Of a stretch of 64,000 nucleotides of DNA, positions 1 to 14,050 are shown one piece after another (positions within the stretch are counted from its first letter, which is position 1; every line of letters starts with the position of its first letter). The notes below the pieces were generated by a model. The model was given only the letters and a program-made list of their open reading frames with translations. It was not told the DNA's origin and did not search any database. The DNA comes from Podarcis vaucheri (taxonomy: Eukaryota), in the NCBI GenBank assembly GCA_965113315.1, contig OZ220373.1; one strand, written 5' to 3'. A program made the translations under genes and the position numbers.

Positions 1-74
1 TCCTAGTCCTTAGGTTCACAGCATGGGCATGGTCCTGAACCTGATGTACCTAGATTGCTGGATTGTGATGATGA

Positions 75-828
75 CCAGAAATGCATTCACCATTTTTTTG
101 CCCAAGCACTGGCTTCACCTTTTCCTGAGATTATTCATGTTTGGAGATCCTTCAGACTTGAGTACTGTAATGGGACTGCCTCTGAAAAGTGTTTGAGAAG
201 TTCAGCTGTTGCAAAAAACAACAACCCCACTGTACCTGCCAGATTATTGAGCTGAAAGCTTTCAATCAGAATACATAACTCCAGTTTTGTAAAAACAGTG
301 CCAATTCCCTAATTGCTTCCAGACTAATTCAAGGTGCTGGTTTTGACTTTTAAACATAGAAATGGCCTATGTTCTGAAAACCATGATGACAACTTGCTCC
401 CACATATGTCCCCCAGGGAGAGGGGTCTTTAACTTCTGATGTCCTTCTCCATGAGCCCCTACAGACCAAGTTCTGGGGGTATCTGCCAGAAGCAGTGCCT
501 ATCAAAATGTGTCACCACTTAATGGAGCATCCTCCCTAGGGTGACCCATGAGGTCTGAACACATTGTGGACTTTCAGATGCCAGAACAAAGCTTGGCTCA
601 TCCAGATGGCCTTTCAGACATTATGATTTGAGGCCCCTGTTTCCAGATCGGTCTGTTTGTATTGTGCTCTTTTTGTTCTTATGAATTATTGCTGGAATTG
701 TTTAATATATTTCATATTTATTTTGCTCATTTTTTCCTGGTTTATTTTGTTTTATTGTGTGATATTTTTATGTAAATGCATTTGGGCTGCGTTTTATGAA
801 AAATAGGATAAGCAACTAATAAATAAAT
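75..828 (+). mobile_element. degraded L2-clade LINE 3' fragment
   Basis: Diagnostic decayed motif AATTCAAGGTGCTGGTTTTGACTTTTAAA (QFKVLVLTFK-like), followed by a T-rich 3' UTR and a TAAATAAA tail. Confidence 0.65.
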
Positions 829-2637
829 GTTTCTAATTTCTGCCTGTTAATGAGAAACTGCCTATATTCTAAATCTCCTTAATACCCTATATTAAGGTCT
901 CACATTTTGCTAATTTTTTTTTAGAGGTGGGTGCTGTAATTAGCCAAACTGATGATAACAATTCTTAGTATACAGAAATTTACAGTGCAATCCAAGCCTC
1001 TGATCTGTGCTGCCAGTGGGGGTTAGGATTCAATGGCCGTGTGTCCCTCTGCTGATGTCTGGTGACAGGGTGGGCTCCACCACTGTGGAAACCCCCATTA
1101 CATCTGCCAAAAGTGCAGCAAAGCACATGCTACTGTCAACATGCTCCTGGCCTCAAAACAGGTGATGGATTCTCTGGATCCAAAGCTGGCCCATCACCTG
1201 ATGAGCCTACAATGCTAGTCTGAAGCTGGTGTAGCAGAATAGGTGGAATAACTGCCCCATCTCTGCCACACTGGCTAGCTGGATTCAGCTGACTGCAGAT
1301 GCAGCAGAGAATCTTCCACACTATGCTCCCTCAGCCTAGGCACTGCTACTCTGTTAGACTATTCCAGTTAGCTGGTAATTCTTACAACAACCCTATAAAG
1401 TGGGTTGAAATTATTATCCTCATGCTGCTGCTGGAGAGCAGAGACTGAAATAGAATGGCTTGTTTCAGGCCACCTTGCAAATTCATGGTTTACAGCTTGC
1501 CTTTTTAGACTACACTCCTATATACACTTACTTGGGTGTTAGCTATATTGATTCAATGGGCCTTTCCTCCAAGTAAGCATGCATAGGACTGAGCTGTTGG
1601 CCACTCCCACACTCCACTTAAACTAGGGGAAGAGCACTATGCATCATCTGGCAAAACAGGCAGGCGTTATTCCCATAGGCGCCTATTGGAATGAAACAAT
1701 AACCTTCTCAGAGCCATGCCTGAGAGCTTATTGCTGTGCAATATCAAAGATAAATTGGCAAGTGGGTGGGCCAGGTTTCTGCTTTCTAGCACGTTTGTGC
1801 AAGGTTTGAGTTTTGTAAAGGACCAAGGAGGGAAAACTAGGAAAGGAAGATGTGCTCTCAGTCTGCTGTATCTGTTTCTTCCTTTAATACTTTTGAATTA
1901 AAGTTCTTAAAATAATATAAAAATGCTCTTCCTATGCCTTTTGAGTGGTTGAGTCTTCCTTGGGCCCCTAGCCTTGTCTTATCTTGATTATCCCCTTTTC
2001 AGCTTAAAACGAATAAGCAGCAACTCAGCATTAAAGAGTATCACACCCTACAAATAATACATACTAGATGGTTCCTAGATATGAAGGGCAGGGAATCATA
2101 CAATCCATTTAACTCAGGTTATCAGGACTTGAGGCATTTTTGTCCTGTTGAAGTCTGTTGAACTAAAACAGCCTAAATCCATATTCTGCTTTAACTAGGT
2201 TGAGGATCAAGATTCACAGCGGTTTTAAAGAACAATCTTAGAAGAATTTAGGTAACTGTCTTAGTGCATTTTATTGTATCCCCTTGTTATTACTTTATAC
2301 AAAAGCTTCCACTTTGAGGAGCCTTTAGCTATTGTCAGCAAATTTTGTCTGGGGATGCCTGTACCAAATTTCCAATGACTTCAGTGAGAATAGTCTAAAA
2401 GAGCATTTAAAAAGCTACAGCAACACAAGGGAACTTCAAAGCTTTGTGTATCTGATGGTTGGTATTGATGCCATATACTTAGAATGAGGGGTAAGAGGTA
2501 TTCCATGATAGATTATTGTACATGACCCAGAGAAGTGAGAAAGTTTCTGAACGGCCTTTGCCTGTTCATGGTTGTTTTGTTCATCTAAACTTTATACATA
2601 TAGCAAGTCATGTACAGCACAATGGGACACCGTGACA

Positions 2638-2970
2638 GAAGCTGGAGCACACAGAAACACTACAGTGGTACCTTGGGTTACAGACACTTCAGGTTACAGA
2701 CTCCGCTAACCCAGAAATAGTACTTCAGGTTAAGAACTTTGCTTCAGGATGAGAACAGAAATTGTGCAACGGGGGAAGCGGGAGGCCCCATTAGCTAAAG
2801 TGGTACTTCAGGTTAAGAACAGTTTCAGGTTAAGAATGGACCTCCATAACAAACTAAGTTCTTAACCTGAGGTAACACTGTATTTACCTTCCCGCCGCAA
2901 TGGTACCTATTTTATGTGCTCACGTTGGTATGCTTTCAAATGGCTAGGTTGGCAGGAGCAGTGGTAGAGT
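2638..2970 (-). mobile_element. Sauria SINE (Squam1) fragment interrupted by a MITE
   Basis: TTTACCTTCCCGCC...GGTACCTATTT...GCTTTC...GCTAGGTTGGCAGGAGC is the reverse complement of the Sauria SINE body. It continues to the left of the MITE (GAGCACACAGAAACAC). Confidence 0.7.
2663..2880 (+). mobile_element. Tc1/mariner-type (Tigger-like) MITE, copy 1
   Basis: Inverted ends CAGTGGTACCTTGGGTTA / TAACCTGAGGTAACACTG, TA target duplication (2661-2662 and 2881-2882). Homologous to 54945-55186. Confidence 0.9.
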
Positions 2971-2989
2971 AGCTGCAATCACTAGTATT

Positions 2990-3092
2990 TCCAGATAGGG
3001 CTGGAAATGACCCCATCTGAAATCTTGGATGAGCCACTGCCAGTGTCAATATGACTGAACAATATGTGCCAACTTGGTATAAACCTTCTGTG
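2990..3092 (+). mobile_element. old SINE fragment (tRNA-head/CR1-tail family)
   Basis: AGGGCTGGAAA...CTGAAA...GAGCCACTGCCAGT matches the element at 21163-21628 in the opposite orientation. Confidence 0.45.
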
Positions 3093-6000
3093 TCTCTAAA
3101 TTACGCATTTTTGTTACAAGATCCAAAATTTCACATCTGAGTTCTTTAAGAACTCTTAAATGGATACCATCCTCACCCACTGATTTTGTGGGGTGGGGAG
3201 TTTGTCAGTAAGGCCTAGAACATATTCTCTTATCACCGCAATTTGCTTCAGTTCTTCAGGCTCCCTTTCTGAAAATTTCAGTTCAGACACAGATATGTAC
3301 CCTACATCTTTTGCAGTGAATAAAGATGCAAAGAATTGATTCTGCCTCTCTGGGATCAACTAATCCTCCTTTAGAGTACCTTTAGCAATATTATCATCCG
3401 AAAGTACAACCACAACCTTAGCATTGCTCATGATGTACTACAACAATGTTTATTGTTTGTCTTAATATTTTTAGAAATGCCGTTCACATTATTTTCTTTA
3501 TTTTGCATTCCTTATTGCCTGCTGGCATTTCTTTACTTTCACCAATCCCCTCATTTTTCAGAACTCTTCTCTTCTGAAGCCAAACGTGGTTGTGCTGAAC
3601 TTCCCTAGCAATTGTTCACTTAGAGATAGCCCAGTGGTCACTGTTTCCAATCTGTTCAACAGATACATCTGGTCTAGGGCAGTATTTAGGATTAAATTTA
3701 GGGCTCCCCCTCTTGTCAGTTTCATGGCCAATTATTCTAAGCACTACCTAAAAATTGTACCTCTTCTTTGTCACGACCAGTCAATATGAGGACAATTCAA
3801 TAATCATTTACTGCAATACTTATTATTTGGCTGCCTCTCTTATTTCATTCTCCACCTCAAGATCACCCTGAGCACTTTGGCGAAAGGGGTGATAGTATTT
3901 CCCAAGTAACAAATTATTTGGTAATGCCAGCCACAGCAGTTTTGTGGAGAACACTGACCCTTTTAAAATTTCTAGGGTTTTGTTTCTTTTCATTTCTTTC
4001 TCTTTACTTCCTTACTGAAAACTTTCAATATAATGGTGATGATGATGATGATTTCTATGATATTATTATCATTATTGCCATCATTATTATTCAATGCCCT
4101 CTTGAACCTACAGAGCAACCATGCTTGCAGTACACCCTTCCCTGTCCTTCCTCATTAATCAAAAATGAACCCTTAAGCAAAAGAAGAAAAGTAAGAAAAG
4201 AGAGCTACCAGTAAGTGATGTTTTCCACTAATCTATTTCAGGAAAACAGCTTATATCCTACTGAGAAAAGAGGTGGAAAGATGACATGGGGCAAAGCGTT
4301 TTTTACACACACATAAAACCCCCTCCACATTTTGGGTTATTGTAGTGGTAATGCCAGGTGTTTGTATATTTTGGCCTGAGCATTATTTGCTATTTTGTAT
4401 TCATTTCACTGGAGCCACAGGTATCTTAATACACCCTAATCAGACTACTGATTTCTTTGGTCACTATTGTATTTTGATATTGCATGAGTGGGATGACAAA
4501 GTGGTCATTGTGTTGGGGTTAGCGCCTACTCAAGCCATTAGGGAGCCTTTTGTTCAGCTTCAGCCTGTGCTGTAATTCTCCACCCGCAACATCCAGCTAA
4601 ACTGAAATATATTTTGGCAAAACATGCTGCATAGGCCATGATCCAAGGACACTGTGTGTTCCTGGGCAAGAAACCAAAAGTGCAGTTTGCCCGTACAGCT
4701 CGCTTAACCAATGAGGCACACAACTTCTGAAACAAAACATTAGCTTGAGCTCTTTGTCTCAGGGATCTGTGGCAAGAAAATGAACGGAAACATTCCAAGT
4801 GTGAATGCATTCACAGATTCGTCTAGATCATCACAATGGCCTCTACCCTCACACAGAACACCAGCAACAAAACTGTACTATTCAAAACCATGATTCTCTT
4901 GCCAAAACAAGGGAAATTTATATGGCTTCTGAGCAAGCGCAATTCCATCTGGAAATGAAAATGGATTCACTGGTAAAAATAGTAATAATCAGTAACAATG
5001 TGAATGACATGAATGACCACAAGGAATTAGCAGCGTGCACATTCAAAATGTGTTTATACTTCATTTAAGGACAGGAAGTGGCCATTCTAACAAAAACAAA
5101 CAGAGCTCTTCTTAAGCTTACCTAGAAATACCAGACTACGGAATGATCCCATTGTTAAACAATGAGATGCTCCCAACAGCAAGTCAAAAGGAAAGTACGG
5201 TATGTTATTTCAGGGGAGAGATTGGGAATAAGCAATGGCAGCTGAAGGAGAAAGAAAAATGCATTAAGGCTGCTATTCCATGGCACTCAGGAATAAGTCC
5301 CACTGAATACATGCATAAGATTGGGCTGTTAACACTTAAAAGTGTGTCTGTTCTTTTTTCACTAAATGCCTAATAGCTACCGGCTTCAACTAGAAAGAGA
5401 TATGGCATGCTAGGGACTAACAGCTCAAACCACTATGTAGCAGCTGACAAGTTATGCTAGATAGTAGCAACCTTCCCTCAAGAAGGTAGAGAAGATGCTA
5501 ACATTTCAGATGCAATTTTAGAAGGGTAGCCCTAAGATCCTCTATGATATACCTGGGGAAATACAAAGCAGAATCTGAAGCAGATTTATGTATGTATGTA
5601 TCTAAATTATATTTTAGGTCCCTTTTCTGGGCAAGTGCCCATTCAAAGCAACTTGCAAGCAAAACAAAAGATTGAAAACAGTACGAAATTCAGAACAGAT
5701 CTGAGAGCAATCTTGGAGTCATTTTACAGGTAGATTAATGCACCAAGGGACTGAGTGACAAAAAAGACATGGAACAACCAGTTTAAACATGAAAGAGAAG
5801 AATTTAACTTAGCAACCTTCAGCCTAGGAAAAAAGTCATTTTCTCTAGAAATGTATGTTGTAAGTAGCTTATAGAATGTGCCAGGTCACTAAGCAGTTAC
5901 AGTTCTAAGGTTTGCTATTAGGTGATCATGGGCATGTAGAAACAGAGATCAACTGTAATCTCATCAAAATAATCCGAAGGCTGTACAAAATGGACAGATT

Positions 6001-6597
6001 ATAATACATTGCTTCTCTGTTCATCTAGATAGAGCCATCTAGAACTTTATTCTTCTCCCTACTGAGTGGAAAGACTGGGGCAACGTCCAAAGCAGAGCAA
6101 TTCAAGCAGGCATGGGAATAATAACCGAACATCAAAGCTGAAATTTCTAAAGACTTCACTAAATTCAATAGGATGGCAGGAAGTAGTCTGTCCTGCCACA
6201 TATTTAATAGATATTAAGAAACTGGATACCCAGTTCTTCTCAAAGGAGAGGTCCATTCAAGATCCCAATTCCAGTATCTTCTTTTTGTCTTTTGGGAAGT
6301 TTTGTTTTCATTATTTACCTATTGGAGACTTCTACACTCTTTCAAGATGGTGATACTGTGAATGTTAGATGGTGTAAGGAGGAATTTTTGTCATCAGAAA
6401 ATCAGCTTTCTTGAGCTATATTCCTTTGCACTTCTAAAAAAATACTGGGATCAATATCCTCATTCATAACACTTATTGAAATAAAGGTAGGTACAAAAGA
6501 AGACAAGAAGAAGAAATAATTATGAGGTTTCGCTGTTTTGTTTATCTTCTAATTCTTTTAAGTATGCAAAAGATAAAGGACTATATTGAGAGAGGTA

Positions 6598-6694
6598 TGG
6601 TCCAGCCAAAGTTAAACTTCTGAATCCTATTGGATCTCCTTTCTGCCACTGGACTCATTAGGACTTCAAAATGTTTAACTTTTGGCTGGATCAT
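6598..6694. mobile_element. short palindromic MITE-like element
   Basis: TCCAGCCAAAGTTAAAC ... GTTTAACTTTGGCTGGA near-perfect inverted arms around a ~55-bp spacer. Confidence 0.6.
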
Positions 6695-8992
6695 GATCTT
6701 AATCAGCATTCCTATACACAATTATCTGGGAATAAGCTGAATTTGACTCAGTGAGGTTTACATCTGAATAGTTATATGCAGGATTGTGCTGTTTTGTCCA
6801 TAGTGACTAATTGGATTGTGTTTTCAGCATTAAATGCAATATGTAAATAGTTTTGCATTAGTCTCTATCTCAGAATATAGTCTGCATATCCAGAAACTGG
6901 AAGCCATTCACTTGCTGTATTATGTCCTGAGGCTTCTCCCCTAATATATATCCTTGCCAAACCTGTGCAGCATAAATACAGCATGGGGCGAATTAGTGTA
7001 TCTTCCCCTGAAGGCTCCAGAGAAGGAATTATTCTAACCTGGGGTAGAATTCTTTCCTCCCTGAATGCTACAGGTCTTATACCTCACCCAGGGTTCAGTC
7101 TCCTGGATGGTGAGGAGCCTTCCAACAGTTAATGGCCTAAATAGAAAGGGGGATACTTTTATTCCAATTGAACTTGCCTGGAGCAAGTCCAGTTTCTCAT
7201 GCATGGTAATGGAGAATGGGATTCCTAACCACTTGCCAATGTCTTGTTTACAAACATGCTACTAACTGCATTTTGCTTTGCATTTTCAGAACAAAAACAT
7301 AGCCATCAATTCTCGAGTCTTTCATTTCATACTCCTCAGTCAACATACCACTCTGTTTATTGTCACAGGCAAATATAAAGTAATTATATTAGGTGCAAAG
7401 GCATTCTCTCTAATCAGCTTCCTTAGTGATCAATTATCAAATCTTTTTGTACTGCACTGAACAAAAATACAATTTAAGTGCTTAGAAGGAAAAGGCTTTG
7501 CTCTTAGTATGATGCTGAACAATACTACTTGCCGTTGTGAGGAAGTTCACTTATATTCCAAGATCACAATTTATGAATCTGTCACTTCATTCTCAGAAGC
7601 CTGGCAAGAAGCAGCCTCTGTGTTTAAGACTTTCATACATTACACTCTGAATGTCACACTCTGTGCATGCCTAAGGCCATATCTGTCAATAGCAAGCCCA
7701 TTTTTAGCAGAACTTTTTAGTGTGTATGTTACGTAACAGGACTTATATGAAGACTTCACTAATAAGAAATATACTTATTTCAGGGTATAAGTGAAATAAA
7801 CTATATTGGTTCTTTAACCATTATAACCCACCCAAATCCATCAGAGCAGTTGGTGTTTATAATGCAACATCTGAAAATCAAAATTGAAAAAGAAATCTAA
7901 TTAAGATATGTATTGCATTGCATTGCATTGCATGGTGCTGTGCAACCCACATTTCAATTTAAATCATGCCCAGCTTCCCTGCAAGGTCTATTAAAAGGAC
8001 TGGAGACCCTATAAAGTCCACATGGTAGACTGTACGCAAAGTAACCTGCTTGAGTTTTACATTGATGACAGTTTGAGGCTGCATTTCTATACACACTTCT
8101 GAGTAGGTATGTATAAGATTGTGCTATAAATATATGCTATTTACAACAGTGAAATTACTCCATACGTACATCACCTGCCTTTGTCAGTTTGGGATGTCTT
8201 GTACCATGGGTCTCCTACTTGATAGACCTAGTCTTTGCAATATGACATTCATCAGTGCTGGTGGAGGGAACTGCAAGTTCAGTAGTCTGAACTAGGAGAA
8301 TCAGGGACAGAAAGTTGGGAGTTGGCTTAATTCATGGGCTGCAGGGACTTTCTTTGGAAAGCAACTTTGCTGCCTGCTTATCAGTCTGCACTTCCTTTCA
8401 CTATTCTCAGCTTGTATAGTGGTAAATAAAGCAAATATCGGGGGGGGGGGAACCATCTTAAGTCTCTAGCCCTCTTACATCCATAGGAAACTCAATCCTA
8501 TGGTGCTACCCCAAGACTTCTGACTATTCAGGAGAGAAAGAGGGCATGTAACAATAAAAATAGATACAATGCTTACATTCAGAACTTAGCTTTGTGAAGT
8601 CAGCTGCTGCCTGACTTATTTTCTCATGGAATCACTAGACAGAATACTGAATTTAGAATATCTCTGTGGGTGAGGCTCTCAGAGCTTCTTTAGGTGAGGA
8701 AAATAATGATGGTTTTCTTCTGATCTTTCAGTACCTCATTTCTTTTGCCCCAGCAACACCCTTCTAGTCTTTAAAATACATACTAAAATACTGAAAAGGG
8801 TTAAAGGCAACACTTTGTCTTTTGGGTCTTCTGTAGGCTGAAGAAAAACAGAAAAATATCAATTTTTAGTTCATGGCTTAAAGAAGGCCTAGCAGCCAAA
8901 ACATCACCTTTAACTTGGTGACTATTTCTGAGTATCATTTGCTATTTAATATTGTAGTTTACATGCTGGTGCTGCACCATTAGGAACACCAG

Positions 8993-8994
<2 letters not shown>

Positions 8995-9072
<78 letters not shown>
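8995..9072. repeat. compound microsatellite (CT)n(CTTT)n
   Basis: Directly visible. Confidence 0.95.
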
Positions 9073-9073
<1 letters not shown>

Positions 9074-9649
9074 AGCTCATCTCCTTAGGAAGATTGGTCC
9101 TATGATACACACCATGCTACATTTTCAGAAAAAAAAGTTCTTGGGCAAGACTTAACTAAGTTCTGCTTGACCTTGATTGTAGCTCCCTCAGCTTAAAGCT
9201 GCTTCTCTGCCCCACAAGAGCTCTAGTGCATGCTTATTGTTGAAAAACATCTGGAAACCTGCAGCAGGAAAAGCAGTTGCAGGGATGGGGTGGCGTTATA
9301 GTGGAAAAGCTGGAAAATGTTAAACATTACCTCCCAACTACCATTTCTTTGCTGGAAACTGCCCCCATGTGAAGCTGCCTTCTCCTAAAGAATGAACCAT
9401 TGCATTTGAGTGTAACATTTAGTTTGGTCCTAAGATGCAGTCAAATGTAAAATCAATCCACACAGTCTTCCGTGTGTGCTGACCTGTGACAACTTAGCCG
9501 AGAGCCAATGCAATTGACTCAAAACACTGGCTGCTATGAGTTTAGGTGGTCATACAACTGCCCTAAATTTGATATACAGTGTGTGCTGTGCATCTCAATG
9601 CTGCTGAATGTAGACTGAAAGTCATATATTGCCTTGGTGTGTTCTAACT

Positions 9650-9783
9650 CTAGAATAGGAAATAGTTGGTCCTCCAGTTGTTTTGGACTAAAATTTGCAT
9701 GACCTGACCATTGGCCATTGGCCATGCCAGCTAGGGATGATGGGAGCTGTGTGGTTGGATTGGCACAGGTTCTCCATCCCTGG
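9650..9783. mobile_element. old palindromic hAT-type MITE
   Basis: CCTCCAGTTGTTTTGGACT...GACCATTGGCCATG...GATGATGGGAG...CAGGTTCTCCATCCCTG resembles a common squamate hAT MITE. Confidence 0.55.
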
Positions 9784-10859
9784 TCAAAGTGATGCATCTA
9801 ACCTTTATTTTCTCCTGATGAAAATAATACTATACATGTTGGGTAAGCTGTCTTGACACCCCATTTCAATTTTCAACAATTGGAAATGCCACATTGAAAC
9901 AAGTTTGTGCGCATCTTGTTTCAATTTTTGTTCCTAAATACTTTCTCATTGGCATTCCAATGAAAAGTAAGAATTCACATATCAGTAATTTTCCATCCCG
10001 TGATACCTCCATCAACTGAAGCTAATATCTGTTTAGAAACATGTGAACATCCGTATGAAACACCCCTGTGAATTTGGCTTGTAGCCTACAAACAGCAGCA
10101 CATATTTGGAAGGTTAAAATGCGCATGGAGGCTGCAGAACTAAATTGCTATCCCCGGCCCCAGTCCTTTCAGAAGCCTGCACATCTGCTAATGAGAAGCA
10201 GCAAGGAATACGAGGCAAGAAAGGATGAGGCATCAGGGAAAGAATTGCAGGAAGGAAACAGTCAGATGGAAATGAGAAGTAGGTGGACAGTCAGCAGCTT
10301 GATGAGACCTAGCAGTCTGGGATCAGCTAGATATGCAGAAATAAGTGAAGATACTGTTACATGCCACCCCAATCTCCACCGTGCAGTGTGAGAGACTTCA
10401 GGGCTTCCAGGTGCTTACCCAGGGTTTGTGTTTCCTTTTGGGAATAAGGCACAGCAGAGACTGTGGTGTCTCTATGATATATGGTTGATATCTGACTCAA
10501 TTAACTGGGACATCTACACTAGGGCAGCAGGCAGGAGGTAGGTCAGCTTCTCCTGGTAGATCACTGAATGATTTGCAGGGACTTCTGCAAATCAGCAGGG
10601 ACTTCTGATTCTCAGTTGTTTAATAATGGCAACATAACAAAGGCTTTAGTCTTCCCTTTTCTCCAAATCAGGCTGCTATAATATCCCTCATCATTAGTAA
10701 CACAGATGCAAATGGGTTCATGTATAGGGAGGTCATGCTCAAGTGTGATTCTGCCCCATTCTAAATTTTGCTTTTATCTGACTCTGATTGGTGGACCTTA
10801 GGATTCTAGCAAAAATTAAATTAAATGCCAGGTGACTATGAGCAAGAGTGTAGCCTTTA

Positions 10860-11060
10860 TATTATTACATATTCCAATAATACCCAGCCCTTCCTCCAAG
10901 GAACTCAGGGCAACACACGTGGAGGTGATCTTATTTTATCATTTTAACAACCTTGCACGATAGTTTTGACTAAGAGATTCACCAAAAGTGAACTTCATGG
11001 ATGAGTGAAAATTTGAACAACAGTGTCCCTGGTTCAAATTTACTATAACATCCTAGCTTT
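10860..11060 (-). mobile_element. degraded MIR/Ther1-like SINE
   Basis: Reverse-oriented CORE-SINE remnants (ACAACCTTG...GACTAAGAG...TTCATGGATGAGTG...ATTTGAAC). A similar relic lies at about 1365-1500. Confidence 0.5.
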
Positions 11061-12600
11061 TTAATTCTTTACAGTTTCATGCCAGAATTAATAATGTCTG
11101 GTTTCTAAGTTTCTAAATCAATAATATATTACATAGTACTGAAGCTGTTTGTAACTATCAAGGGGGTACAGTTTCTGTGAAAAACCCATTAAAGTGAAGG
11201 TGTAAGGAAACAGTTCTTGGTCAATTGCACCCATACAGGTCTTTGTCTTTTCTCCTTAAATGCTGTGCAGTTTTGCTGTGTTCTTCTATTAAAAAATAAG
11301 AATAAGAGCAAATGCATGGAACCTATGGCTCCAGAAAAGTGTATGTTTAAATGTGTTTAATTTATTAATATGACTTCCTTATGCTATGTTTGGAATTCAC
11401 CTTTTCTTGTAAAAAGAAAGTTTTAATGTGCTGCTTTGTATGATACAGTCGAAACAGCATAGACAATTCTTATCTATCTGTGTCAAATAAAGGGGAATAA
11501 TGTACCTGTGTCAAATATAATTACACCCTTGGGATATACAGCATAAGCCTGTGCATCTTAAACCAGTCATTTTCATTTCTGATTTTTAAATTTATACTTC
11601 AAACCTATGTTTGTATTTCCATTACTCCCATGATGGTACCTGGGCAGGAATACTGCCACGCAAGGCATTCATCAGTGCTGTTTCTCAAACCACTATGCAA
11701 ATTAGCCCTGAAGGATGCTCTTAAAACATCAAGGCTTTATCTGAAAAGCAAGCTCAAAGTGTATTTTCATTTCTTTTCCTTTTTTATTTTTAAAAACAAA
11801 GATCCATTTAAAAAATGGAATAAAATTGTGATCTGCTCCATCTTTTTCTATGCAGCATTGTATCATAGATTATTTTCTGTTGGATTCTCTTACGATTCTA
11901 GATTTTAATGATGCAAGAACAGAGCTTCTGCTGCTCCCTTTGAGAAGCCATTTCAATGACGTACTTTGTCATTAGGAAATATGTGGTGATAGCCTGCCTG
12001 TGTTTTCCAGTGCTCAGCTGCACCTCATTCACTGCTTCAAGGTATTCCCCCTTGCACCAATCAAACTCACACCTTTTTCCATGTAAGGCCAAATGCTGCT
12101 TTCAAAGGCAAGCTTTGAACATCTCCTGCTATTAATGGTAGCTTTGTGCTACCACTGCACCCTAAGTAAGGGTGCAATCAGTGCCCTGAACAAACTAAGA
12201 CTTAACACATTCCCATCCATTCCATTTGTTTATCAGTAAAGTAAGGGCATATTCATAAGGGAGCTCTATGAACATCTGTTAGGCTCCCATGTGTAGCTTC
12301 AGAATGTTATTATAAAAAGAGAGCCATATTTAAATTGTATTATGTTCTGGTCAATGTATCTCTTTTACTGATTTACAAATTAGGAATGCCTTCTTAGAAT
12401 TGCCAGTGGAAACACCCTAAGGCTGTAATCTTAAAGGAATTTACTTTACAAAAAAGCCTCTGCAAAACATGTGGGGTTGTTCCTAATTAAACGTTCATAC
12501 GATCAGGGTTATAGGGCAAGGCTTCTGTGCCTTCAATTGTTATGTAAAATAGCGAATTTCCACAGGTGTAACATGTCATGCAAGGTATATCTACTGAAAT

Positions 12601-12927
12601 TCATAGAATCATAGAGTTGGAAGAGACCACAAGGGCCATCGAGTCCAACCCCCTGCCAAGCAGGAAACACCATCAGAGCACTCCTGACATATGGTTGTCA
12701 AGCCTCTGCTTAAAGACCTCCAAAGAAGGAGACTCCACCACACTCCTTGGCAGCAAATTCCACTGTTGAACAGCTCTTACTGTCAGGAAGTTCTTCCTAA
12801 TGTTTAGGTGGAATCTTCTTTCTTGTAGTTTGGATCCATTGCTCCGTGTCCGCTTCTCTGGAGCAGCAGAAAACAACCTTTCTCCCTCCTCTATGTGACA
12901 TCCTTTTATATATTTGAACATGGCTAT
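12601..12927 (-). mobile_element. young 5'-truncated CR1 LINE
   Basis: Encodes the CR1 ORF2 C-terminus FKYIKGCH..EGERLFS...RTRSNG.KL...RFHLNIRKNFLTVRAVQQWN.LP..VVESPSLEVFKQRLD, followed by a 3' UTR ending in (ATTCTATG)-type repeats. Confidence 0.95.
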
Positions 12928-13317
12928 TCCTTTTTCTGTACAACCATGAAACATACAGACGCATCCAACCACCCTCAGACCTGAAGGTCATCCTAGCATT
13001 GGACTCCTACCTGCAACTCCCATTCATTTCAGAGGAACATGCTTACAAGGAAGTATACTTAGGACTGGAGCCTTCACAGTGTTGTGGACCACAGCTATAA
13101 ACATACATTCTGAAGCATTTGCACCTGCATACTGGCAATTATTTGCACTGATGGACAATGCAAGAATTAGACCATATGCTTTGGAAGTTGTAAGTATGCT
13201 TTGGCATTTGTACCCAGCAAAGTCTTCTAACCACATCATCACCAAAAGAAACCCACATCATTAAGCATATAAATATTTGTTCTTATCTTGCCTGTATACA
13301 CTATCATAATACAGCAT

Positions 13318-13466
13318 CATAAGATGAGTCTGCTGGATCAGACCAATGGCCTATCTACTCCAATATCCTGTTCTCACACTGGTCGAACAGTTGCCTGTGG
13401 GAAACCAGCAAGCAGGATTTGAGCACAAGAGCACTCTCCCCTCCTGTGTTTTCCAGCAACTGGTAT
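13318..13466 (-). mobile_element. older CR1-family 3' end
   Basis: CATAAGA..AGTCTGCTGGATCAGACCAATGGCC.ATCTA.TCCA..ATCCTGTTCTCACA, a typical reversed CR1 3' UTR. Confidence 0.7.
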
Positions 13467-13702
13467 CATTATTTATCATTTATACTGCCATGTGCTTTAC
13501 AATGTTTATTATTGTTACCCACACAGCAATGCTATGAGACAGGTCCACCACTATGGTTCCCACTATTATTGCCAGTGGGGGGACTGAAGATCAATTCCAA
13601 GCTCAGCTCTCTACCAAGGAAGTTATTTATTCTTATTCTTTGGTGCAAGGGTTCACCCCTGGCCAGCTCTCTGAGGTCCACATGCTAGCAATGGTTGGCC
13701 CA

Positions 13703-14050
13703 TGGATGCTTGTTTACATGACATGAAGGCTGGCAGCATCAACCCTGCTGTGTGGAAGAAATCCCTTGTAGATAACCACAGTGCTTGGAGACACAGACTG
13801 TCAGGTTGTGCATCCATAGCAGTGACCAGAGGAGAAATGACTGCAGGAGGAGTGCAGAAAGAAGAAATGCCATGGTGCACCTGTAGCAGCAAAACTGGAA
13901 ACCTTCATCTGCCCCAAATGCAACAAAAAATGTCTCTCTCTCTCTCTCTTAGTGGTCTCTACAGCCACAGCACGTGCTGTAACCTTCCAACAGTTTGAAT
14001 TCACCCTCAAAGCATGCTCCTCCATTGTCTCCTCAGACAGATAGATGCCA
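13703..14050 (+). mobile_element. RTE-clade LINE 3' fragment
   Basis: Frameshifted peptide DAC.HDMKAGSINPAVW...DNHSAWR...F.CP.C...GLYSHS..C (C-terminal C2H2-like motif), ending TTGTCTCC...GACAGA..GATGCC. Confidence 0.8.

Noticed and set aside
1600-10540. Possible solo-LTR-like segments (~1600-1990, ~8100-8440, ~10040-10540)
   Set aside because: Suggestive composition only. No clear TG...CA ends or TSDs were found by eye.
12673-12972. 99-aa ORF that looks like real protein
   Set aside because: It is the C-terminus of CR1 ORF2 from a truncated retrotransposon, not a host gene.
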